DNA from: a virus
Lineage: Duplodnaviria; Caudoviricetes
Reading direction: 5' to 3' (one strand)
DNA length: 25,146 nucleotides
Virus record (IMG/VR): IMGVR_UViG_3300032218_003043
Coordinates: 1-25,146 of that record
Shown here piece by piece: positions 15,017-22,377 of this stretch. Numbering within the stretch: the stretch's first letter is position 1; every line of letters starts with the position of its first letter. The position numbers and the translations under genes were made by a program. A model generated the notes under the pieces. That model saw only the letters and a list, made by a program, of their open reading frames with translations. It was not told where the DNA came from and searched no databases.

Positions 15017-16941
15017 TAAAAGTATATGATGTAGAAACATTTTCTAATTGTTTTACTTACATAGATTATGATCCTCAGACCGAGGAAATGAATGAGTTCG
15101 TGATTACTGATTTCAAGAATCAATTCGATGAGTTTGTTAAGTATATCAAGATGCTTGAACAAAAGAAAGCCGGAATGGTAGGCTTTAATAACCTACACTT
15201 TGATTGGCCAGTGGTGTCTAGCATCGTGGAAAGTCGATTGAATAAAGGAGAATTGATATACGCCTTTGCTCAGACATTAATCAACGCTGAGAAAAAGACT
15301 TATAGCAAGCAGACCATTAATCAATTGGATTTGTATCTGCTAAACCACTATGACAATAAGGCGAGGTCAACTTCTTTAAAAGCCTTAGAGGTTTCGTGTG
15401 GATGGGATAACGTAATGGATATGCCTATGGACCACACCACCACCATTACTCCAACCAATCTGCCTACTCTATTAGAATACAACAAGAACGATGTGCTATT
15501 CACCGCCAAGTTCTATTCTATGTGCAAGGAGAAGATAGAGTTGCGTAAAAAAATCAGTAAGAAGTACAAACTTAAGGTGATGAACAAGAGCGATGTAATC
15601 ATAGGCGAGTCAATCTTTTTGAAGTACCTATCTGATAATATGGGAATGCCGGTACCCGAGCTGAAAGAGATACGTGGGAAGAGAACAGATGTCGCTCTGA
15701 AAAAGATTATCTTTCCTTATGTTTCCTTTGTTGAGCCTGGCTTTCAGAAGTTGATGAGACTAATGCAAGGAACTGTATCGTCTGCACAATTCCTTAAGAA
15801 TTTTGTAGAGAATATGGATACTCGATTATCTACCAATGATTTATACGACAAATTTCGTGATAACAATATTCGAGTACAGAGAATCGCCCAACAAAAGAAA
15901 TCATTCTCATTCAGCGTTCAGTACAACAATATTCAAATCGATTACGGAGTAGGTGGTATACACGGATGCGTTAAGCCAGGGGTATATCAGTCAAATTTTA
16001 CACACGGAATACTTGACATCGATGTGAAGTCATATTACCCTAACTTGTTTATTCAGAATCGCTTACACCCTAAACAGATGGACCAAGATACCTTTGTCAA
16101 GGTATACTCTGATATCTTCCAAGAGAGAGTCAAGGCACAGAAAGAAGGGGACAAGTTAACCTCTGATGCATTGAAGTTGGCACTGAATGGTTTGTTTGGT
16201 AAGACGGGCTCAGATGTATCTTGTTTCTACGATCCGAATGTATTCTTTGCAGTCACTGTAAACGGACAATTGCTTTTATCAATGTTGGTAGAACGCTTAG
16301 TTCGCCAAGGTGCATCCCTATTGCAAGTTAACACAGATGGTGTAACAATTTTATATAATTATTTGTTACGAGATGATATCATAAAAATCTGTCAAGAGTG
16401 GGAAGTAATCACCAAGTTGCAATTGGAATACGCTAATTACTCCAAGATGATTATCCGGGATGTAAACAATTACATTGCTGTAGATGAATTCGGAAAGATT
16501 AAAGAGAAGGGAGCTTTTGAAACCAAGAAAGATTGGCACAAGGATAACTCATATATGGTCGTGCCTCTGGCAGTACGAGAATACTTTGTAAACAATACGC
16601 CCATCGAAGTTACATTACGCAAGCACAAGAACATCTTGGACTTCTGTGGTCGTTACAAGGCTTCTAAGGGCTGGCACGTAGAGTTTGCTTACCTTGATGG
16701 CAACGAGGAAAAGAGATTGGAATTCGGTAAGATTTATAGGTTTATTCCGGTAATCAAGGGCGGTGTATCGCTTAAGTTAAATAAGGATGGTAGACAGCAC
16801 CACTTGTGCGAGGGATATCAAACCTTCCCCTACAATAAATTGGAGGAATTTGATTTGAATAATTTAAATATGGACTTTTTTATAAAGGAATGCAACAAAC
16901 TAATAGAACTGATCAAACCGACCCAACTCACGCTATTATGA
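15013..16941 (+). CDS. polB: Family B DNA polymerase with 3'-5' exonuclease
   Basis: ExoI YDVETF, ExoII FNNxxFD, ExoIII YNKND; polymerase motifs DVKSYYP, KLALNGLFGK and NTDG. Confidence 0.92.
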   Translation: MIKVYDVETFSNCFTYIDYDPQTEEMNEFVITDFKNQFDEFVKYIKMLEQKKAGMVGFNNLHFDWPVVSSIVESRLNKGELIYAFAQTLINAEKKTYSKQTINQLDLYLLNHYDNKARSTSLKALEVSCGWDNVMDMPMDHTTTITPTNLPTLLEYNKNDVLFTAKFYSMCKEKIELRKKISKKYKLKVMNKSDVIIGESIFLKYLSDNMGMPVPELKEIRGKRTDVALKKIIFPYVSFVEPGFQKLMRLMQGTVSSAQFLKNFVENMDTRLSTNDLYDKFRDNNIRVQRIAQQKKSFSFSVQYNNIQIDYGVGGIHGCVKPGVYQSNFTHGILDIDVKSYYPNLFIQNRLHPKQMDQDTFVKVYSDIFQERVKAQKEGDKLTSDALKLALNGLFGKTGSDVSCFYDPNVFFAVTVNGQLLLSMLVERLVRQGASLLQVNTDGVTILYNYLLRDDIIKICQEWEVITKLQLEYANYSKMIIRDVNNYIAVDEFGKIKEKGAFETKKDWHKDNSYMVVPLAVREYFVNNTPIEVTLRKHKNILDFCGRYKASKGWHVEFAYLDGNEEKRLEFGKIYRFIPVIKGGVSLKLNKDGRQHHLCEGYQTFPYNKLEEFDLNNLNMDFFIKECNKLIELIKPTQLTLL

Positions 16942-17237
16942 CCTTGAATATCCCTCACTATGGGATAGACTTAAGAGTTATTTTATCGGCTTTGAAGAAT
17001 GAATTACCTAAGAGAAAAATTCATTTTGCTCCTTCTTTTAGTGAGCGAGATGATGTCATCATACCTACCTTGATGCGCAGATTCCATACTACTCCTATTA
17101 ATGGGTATTTGGTTGTGCTATACAAACGTAGAATTAAAATACAAATGGAAATGGATGGTCCTAATCTGTCACAAAAAACTATAGATGTTCTTGTTGACTA
17201 TTTAGAACGATTAGAAATAAACCATTTTAAATTTTAA
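16938..17237 (+). CDS. Hypothetical protein (start moved to ATG 16938)
   Basis: ATGA overlap with the polymerase stop; last + strand gene, overlapping the terL stop by 11 bp. Confidence 0.6.
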   Translation: MTLNIPHYGIDLRVILSALKNELPKRKIHFAPSFSERDDVIIPTLMRRFHTTPINGYLVVLYKRRIKIQMEMDGPNLSQKTIDVLVDYLERLEINHFKF

Positions 17238-19038
17238 CGGTCTTCCAGACACGCACATATCTACCACCTCTGAGTTCCAAAAATGGTATCTCCTTGGTGG
17301 TTAGTGCTTGTGGTTTCTTTACTTCGAACTTACGTATAATGTTTTTGTGGAGAATCTCACAGGCAACCATAGCATCGACAACATCCGTGTTTTCAATCAA
17401 GTAATTCTTGAGCTCTTGAATTATTTCAATAAACCATATGTCATTGCTATACGAATTTAAATAATCAATCATATAACTATTGCCACGTTCTGCTGTCACA
17501 TCATTCTTATAGTAACCTATAGAATCATCATCCTTCCAGAATCCTTTCCCCAAGAAGATAGGTTTCTTTGCTAGCAGATTTAATTTACCTGAGTCCTTGT
17601 ACTTCTGTTTTACAACACCACCACGGTTAATCTCTATCATTGCTATGGCGTTATTATAATACTCTTGAAGTAGTATCATATTGTTCACAATAGCATCTGG
17701 ATCGGTATCTCTTTCAGCATAATATGCTACATACCTGTTGGTATCTATGTCTTTGATTGCTATTGCTTGCTTAGACCCATCACCCATATTCTTAGAGTTA
17801 AATGGAATCGGGTCAATCCCAGCGATGTATGTATGTCCTTCTTGGGGATCTTCAAGAAAATACATAGGGCTATTGTTAACCGGCCTTTTAATTATCGTTC
17901 CGTCATAATTTCTGTGTAAAACTGATCTATCGATAGGAGGACGAGACGCTAAAATCATACGCTCTTGCGTATCCAATTTATCCATAATCGATCTTGGAAA
18001 AGCACCTTGACCACTTACTGAGAATACCTCTTGGATGTCCAAAGGGTATTGTTTAATAAAAGAATTCAAATACGATTTATCTTCCATACTGTCAAGCACA
18101 CCACGTGTTTGCATAATCCAATCTGTCGCAGCCTTCTCATCGCTGTAACCATTGGGGCAGAAGTTTAATATTTTGCCAGTTTCCTTACCATTTTCGTCTA
18201 ATTCGGGGGCTTCCATAATCCCTTGATAGCCAGGGAGAAAGATAGTTAGAATCTTCAAAGCCTCGGCATTATCCCACAATGTTTTGGCTAACTTCTGGCC
18301 AATTGATGTAGCCTCACCAGCGCTACCACCAATGACAATTGGGGCAACCTTAACGAATCCTGATTTGGTACTCGCTTGAGCCGATTTATAAACCTTATCG
18401 GCCTTAGGATGAAGCATACATTCGTCTATAAAAATATGCATCGCACGATACGCCTCGAATGCTGTTGGTGTTTCAACTGTCTCCTTGGTGATAATCTGAG
18501 AATCCAATCCGGTAACTGAGCCCGTCTTGGCATCCCTACGACCTAAGTGGAGGTATCCTTCTTGACGAGTAGATACAATTCCAGGACGGGCATACTCTTC
18601 AAACTCATCGTACACTACACGTGTCTTATCTTTAAACAAAGCCTCAAGACGTTTTTTATCTGCTGAGGTGATGAGTGATGTGCTTCCAGGATTGGTCATC
18701 GCAATCCACATTGGAATGATTCCACCAAAGATAAAAGATAGACCAACCTCACGTCTCTTAGTTACAAATAAATCGTGATTGGTTCTACGGGCTTCCATAT
18801 ATCCCTCATAGATTAATTCATCTATATCTCGCCAAAGCGGTCTTTTTTTGAAACCTCTGGCGTCTTTTACCCATCCTTGTGTTAGTGCAAAGTAGTGAGG
18901 ACCAGTCAATCCGAAACGACCTTCAATCCAAAAAACACGTTCTTGTGCCCACCAGATATCCTTTTCTTTCATAGAAGCTAAGGGGCTCAGACCGTACTTG
19001 CTGAACCATTCGTCATATACGAATTTAGGTTTTTTCAT
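17227..19038 (-). CDS. terL: Terminase large subunit
   Basis: KRREVGLS (Walker A variant), IFIDE (Walker B), RNase-H-like nuclease YIAGIDP...IEINRG...DVVDA. Confidence 0.88.
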   Translation of the reverse strand: MKKPKFVYDEWFSKYGLSPLASMKEKDIWWAQERVFWIEGRFGLTGPHYFALTQGWVKDARGFKKRPLWRDIDELIYEGYMEARRTNHDLFVTKRREVGLSFIFGGIIPMWIAMTNPGSTSLITSADKKRLEALFKDKTRVVYDEFEEYARPGIVSTRQEGYLHLGRRDAKTGSVTGLDSQIITKETVETPTAFEAYRAMHIFIDECMLHPKADKVYKSAQASTKSGFVKVAPIVIGGSAGEATSIGQKLAKTLWDNAEALKILTIFLPGYQGIMEAPELDENGKETGKILNFCPNGYSDEKAATDWIMQTRGVLDSMEDKSYLNSFIKQYPLDIQEVFSVSGQGAFPRSIMDKLDTQERMILASRPPIDRSVLHRNYDGTIIKRPVNNSPMYFLEDPQEGHTYIAGIDPIPFNSKNMGDGSKQAIAIKDIDTNRYVAYYAERDTDPDAIVNNMILLQEYYNNAIAMIEINRGGVVKQKYKDSGKLNLLAKKPIFLGKGFWKDDDSIGYYKNDVTAERGNSYMIDYLNSYSNDIWFIEIIQELKNYLIENTDVVDAMVACEILHKNIIRKFEVKKPQALTTKEIPFLELRGGRYVRVWKTVKI

Positions 19039-19382
19039 CGCCTAGTATTTACACGATCAAGGAAAGAACCTTCCTCATCGTCTTTATTTTCTTCTGGATA
19101 CGCCTCTAACTTGGCTAACTTAAGGCTCTTGTTAATCTTATCTCCTGCTTGTAGCAATTGAAACAAACCTTTCTGATATGAATCGTCAAGGTCTAAGGTC
19201 TTATCCTTTACAGAAGTCATCAATTGTTTTGATGCTGAGACCAAAGTTGTATAAAAATCCTTGGCAGGATCGAAATCTTGCAGATGTAATCTTTCGATTG
19301 CTTCCTCTTCAGAAATACTATTTTCCTTGAGGTAGTCCCAAAGTTTTTCTAAGGCTGTTGATTTTTCGTTTTTGGTCTTCAA
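19035..19382 (-). CDS. Helical protein upstream of terL; candidate terminase small subunit (TTG start proposed)
   Basis: Stop overlaps the terL ATG; TTG at 19382 follows an A-rich leader. The function call is positional only. Confidence 0.45.
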   Translation of the reverse strand: MKTKNEKSTALEKLWDYLKENSISEEEAIERLHLQDFDPAKDFYTTLVSASKQLMTSVKDKTLDLDDSYQKGLFQLLQAGDKINKSLKLAKLEAYPEENKDDEEGSFLDRVNTRR

Positions 19383-19506
19383 TTTCTTTTTGTGCTTTGT
19401 TTGCCTCAATTGGATTGTCGATGGCGGTATAATACTCACACCATGAAATTAGTTTTTGAAGTTCTCTGACTTCGTCCTCAATTATTTGTTTATTGCTTTT
19501 AGCCAT
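19318..19506 (-). CDS. Small coiled-coil hypothetical protein
   Basis: 62-aa ORF. Confidence 0.6.
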   Translation of the reverse strand: MAKSNKQIIEDEVRELQKLISWCEYYTAIDNPIEANKAQKEIEDQKRKINSLRKTLGLPQGK

Positions 19507-19853
19507 TGCTCTAAGTTAAAATTTGCGAAGTCTCCTTCCTCGATAACTTCTCCCAAAGATAAATAGAATCTTACTACATTTCCAAGGGCGAGAAGTTGCT
19601 CGGTTGTTGCTGTATCTTTATATCTGCAATCAGCATCTAATCCTCCGATTAGAGCCAAGTGCACTTCGTTTCCTGGACAATAATTAATAGCGTGCAAATA
19701 ACCTTTACTACTAATGCAATGAGTTAGTATAGGCGTTCTATCTAATCCTCCAATATGGGTTGAATCAGAAGAAAAACGAACCTTTTCTTGCTCGTGTTTA
19801 CAAACCTCTGAAGGCTTTAAATTTGTTCTGCTATATGTCCAGTAGATTTTCAC
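19482..19853 (-). CDS. Degenerate N-acetylmuramoyl-L-alanine amidase (T7-lysozyme-like fold, Zn ligands apparently lost)
   Basis: HCISSKG...LALIGGLD...KDTATTEQLLAL...FNLEQWL follows the amidase_2 pattern but lacks the N-terminal HC(S/T), the GH and the CP motifs. Confidence 0.55.
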   Translation of the reverse strand: MKIYWTYSRTNLKPSEVCKHEQEKVRFSSDSTHIGGLDRTPILTHCISSKGYLHAINYCPGNEVHLALIGGLDADCRYKDTATTEQLLALGNVVRFYLSLGEVIEEGDFANFNLEQWLKAINK

Positions 19854-20116
19854 AATTTGCTAAAGTACACCGCATTTGGATGTACGAATTCTTCCTTTGG
19901 TTCTTGCTCGTACTGCTCAATCATTTTGTTCAAGTACCACTGAGCTTTTTTCATATCTTCCATACCACCCTTAGATTCGCAGCGCCATAAGTATTTGATT
20001 ACATTGGCGGTGCATACGGCATCTAAGCCTTTCTTGTTGATGGTAGCAGATGCGATTGCGTCAATGCACTCGACCTTTGAATTTCTGTAATAATCCGGGG
20101 TAATTTTATTATCCAT
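19850..20116 (-). CDS. DUF3310 protein (T7 gp1.7-like, putative nucleotide kinase); start moved to ATG 20116
   Basis: PDYY...ECIDAI...NVIKYLWR...KGG.ED.KKA.WYL. Confidence 0.85.
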   Translation of the reverse strand: MDNKITPDYYRNSKVECIDAIASATINKKGLDAVCTANVIKYLWRCESKGGMEDMKKAQWYLNKMIEQYEQEPKEEFVHPNAVYFSKL

Positions 20117-20120
20117 AACT

Positions 20121-20816
20121 TTATTTGTATCTCCAGCCATATCCGTACGCTTGTTTAAACTTGCCTTTGCAAACCGACCCAATGTTTGACCTATAAGCCA
20201 AATTTTCCAACTTAATAGCAGCGTTTGAAACTGAATCAAATTCCTCCATAACCATACCCGTGCTTAAACTTAGTTGTTCAATAGGTCGCTTAAAACAATG
20301 TTCGTTTCTACCTTTTAATGTTTGACTTATTTTCTCTCTTGTTTCAGTTGATATTAATTTTCCCTTATTGCTTACGCTCATTTTTATTTTAGATTCTTCG
20401 GAATGCTTTCTGCCAATTCTTGCTAATGAAATTTTCCTCTTGCTTTCTTCAGACATTACTTTTCCTTTGTGCAAAATACTATTTTTAATTTTAGACTCCT
20501 CCGATGCAACTCTTCCAGTTGGTCCACGTCCTCCATCGCACAAATTTAATCCATTAGATTTCGGATATTTGGCACAATTGGTTTGCAATTCTTCAATCCA
20601 AAACTTTTCACGCTCCATTAAAATTTCAACATCAACTTGTTCTATGATTTCAAGTTTATGACCATCAAATCCATATTTTTTAAGACTTCGATACAGCCTG
20701 TGTTGATTTTTACATTGTAAGGTTTTATAATAACGAGTTCGTTTTGCTAAATCCATAGTTTGCCCTATGTATATTTTTCTAGACGGACTTACTATTTTAT
20801 AAATTACACCTTTCAT
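20121..20816 (-). CDS. Free-standing GIY-YIG homing endonuclease with NUMOD3-type repeats and a C-terminal HTH; start moved to ATG 20816
   Basis: GVIYKI...IYIGQT, four SEES/STET-KxKIS repeats, C-terminal FDSVSNAA...AYGYGWRY. Confidence 0.9.
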   Translation of the reverse strand: MKGVIYKIVSPSRKIYIGQTMDLAKRTRYYKTLQCKNQHRLYRSLKKYGFDGHKLEIIEQVDVEILMEREKFWIEELQTNCAKYPKSNGLNLCDGGRGPTGRVASEESKIKNSILHKGKVMSEESKRKISLARIGRKHSEESKIKMSVSNKGKLISTETREKISQTLKGRNEHCFKRPIEQLSLSTGMVMEEFDSVSNAAIKLENLAYRSNIGSVCKGKFKQAYGYGWRYK

Positions 20817-21256
20817 ACTATAAATTCTTGTTTGGGCACAAATATACACAATTCTTTCGGAACTCTATAAAATTCATCTGTTCCTTTTCTTTGTGTTGTA
20901 TTGATGTAAATTTTCTCTTTATATTTCTCATCAAAGATAATGTCTGATCTACACATCAAAGCAGCTTGGGTCTCAGAGCATATGATAACATACCAGAACG
21001 TAGTTTCTTTCCATTTCGCCTTTCTATTGAGAAAGGAGACAGTCTCAAATGGAAAATCTTCTCTACAGGTCCAAGGTCTTTTAATCTTCATCTCCACCTC
21101 CCATTTGTATTCTATGCCATCTTTTTCTGTGACAAGATCAATACCATATTTGTCACAATTATTTGAAACATTGTGACACTTACTTTCAAGAAAGGCAGTA
21201 AGCAATTGCCTGCCTATCTTATCATATTCATCAAAAGATTCTTGGTTGAACTTCAT
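20813..21256 (-). CDS. PD-(D/E)xK-like nuclease-fold protein; start moved to ATG 21256
   Basis: YGIDLV...WEVEMK motif; ATGA overlaps at both ends. Confidence 0.6.
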   Translation of the reverse strand: MKFNQESFDEYDKIGRQLLTAFLESKCHNVSNNCDKYGIDLVTEKDGIEYKWEVEMKIKRPWTCREDFPFETVSFLNRKAKWKETTFWYVIICSETQAALMCRSDIIFDEKYKEKIYINTTQRKGTDEFYRVPKELCIFVPKQEFIV

Positions 21257-21657
21257 TTTCTTAAGTATAGGGCGAGTATCATACCAAAAAGGAATGCGCC
21301 TGCAATATACCACCAATTTATGAATTCTTTAGTAATCACCCTTCCGGCCACTTTAACTTCGTATGCTACCGTATCTCTGAAGGTTATGGTATCAGGCTTC
21401 ACTGTTACCCCAAACAAATTTCCTTTCTTGTAAACAATCAATTTCTTTGTCTCAATAAACGTATCGCACTGAATAATAAATGAATCTTTGTACTCGGTGA
21501 TGGGCACTTTGATTTCTTTAATGATGGTGTCCTTTACAATTACCGTATCAGTTAACGATAAATACGGATATTTGCGTATCAAACGATCGTATCTATGCTT
21601 AGGAGAGCAAGATGAAATTACCGTAATGCACATTGCGATAAATAATAAATTTTTCAT
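21253..21657 (-). CDS. Lipoprotein with a C-terminal TM helix (unimolecular-spanin-like topology)
   Basis: Signal peptide + lipobox ISSC(17), beta-rich DTxxxxDT core, C-terminal WWYIAGAFLFGMILALYLRK. Confidence 0.65.
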   Translation of the reverse strand: MKNLLFIAMCITVISSCSPKHRYDRLIRKYPYLSLTDTVIVKDTIIKEIKVPITEYKDSFIIQCDTFIETKKLIVYKKGNLFGVTVKPDTITFRDTVAYEVKVAGRVITKEFINWWYIAGAFLFGMILALYLRK

Positions 21658-21659
21658 AG

Positions 21660-21669
21660 TGCAAAGATA
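21660..21669 (-). promoter_or_regulatory. Bacteroidota -7 box TATCTTTGCA directly before ATG 21657
   Basis: Exact TAnnTTTG match. Confidence 0.65.
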
Positions 21670-21674
21670 AGATA

Positions 21675-21722
21675 TAAACTTATAGGTTTACTATAAAGTA
21701 TAAATTGTAAACGTATAGGTTA
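21675..21722. repeat. Two copies of the imperfect palindrome TAAAC(T/G)TATAGGTT(T)A
   Basis: Copies at 21675-21690 and 21708-21722. Confidence 0.65.
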
Positions 21723-21901
21723 AAAGCCCACCTATTAATTCTTTGTTTACTAGTTTATTACTAATATAAAAATAATAACCATTTCAAGTTTTCTCCTTGA
21801 CGATGTCGGAGACCAAGAAACATTTCACCCATTTTGCAGGGTCGTTATCCGATTTGAGTTTCCTCCAGATAACACAAGTCAATTGTTTTCGGTGGGCTTT
21901 T
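21721..21901 (-). ncRNA. Putative structured RNA closed by an 11-bp long-range stem
   Basis: AAAAGCCCACC (21722-21732) / GGTGGGCTTTT (21891-21901) enclose three internal hairpins; a G-U pair and a GAAA loop favour the minus strand. Confidence 0.5.
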
Positions 21902-21905
21902 TAGT

Positions 21906-21960
21906 AAAAGAGGTAGCTAGTGCCACCTCCAATACCCTAAACAAAAAATAAATATGAAAC
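21906..21960 (-). ncRNA. Putative ~55-nt sRNA (U-rich anti-start-codon seed + terminator hairpin)
   Basis: Starts after a consensus promoter. Sequence GUUUCAUAUUUAUUUUUUGUUUAGG, then GAGGUGGC-acua-GCUACCUC-UUUU. Confidence 0.6.
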
Positions 21961-21962
21961 AA

Positions 21963-21996
21963 TGCAAACTTATGCAAAAAATCCTTAAATGCCAAA
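21963..21996 (-). promoter_or_regulatory. Consensus Bacteroidota promoter (-33 TTTG, 20-nt spacer, -7 TAAGTTTG)
   Basis: TTTG at 21996-21993, TAAGTTTGCA at 21972-21963. Confidence 0.75.
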
Positions 21997-22018
21997 TTTG
22001 TGAAAAACAACCAATATA

Positions 22019-22371
22019 TTGTGCAATTTGTGCAATTTTGGGATCATTTAACCATTATAATGTGCAATTATGGTACAATAATGAGCTTTAAGACACCCAA
22101 CAGGGTACGAAAATGAGCCATATATGACACATTATATGCGTTCGGGTATACACTAAACGATTCTAGTGGGGTTTCGCAAATTGATATATGCACTTCAATA
22201 TAATTTTCTAAAAACTAAGGCATGAAAAAACACAAAAAATGTATGAATAATCAGTCATAATATGCATTTAGATACATTAATGTATGAAAAAACCCACACT
22301 ACTGTCAAATAATGTGGGTCTTCTCGGCATTTTTCCGAATTTGTCCTGTTTTTATTGCAAAAAACTAGACA
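22019..22371. repeat. Array of distinct short imperfect palindromes
   Basis: Examples: 22113-22132, 22133-22150, 22151-22168, 22181-22198, 22243-22258, 22272-22285, 22324-22338 and 22342-22371. Confidence 0.6.
22287..22319 (-). terminator. Rho-independent terminator downstream of the RNR gene
   Basis: Minus strand ACCCACATTATT-tgac-AGTAGTGTGGGT followed by TTTTT. Confidence 0.75.
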
Positions 22372-22377
22372 TTTTAC

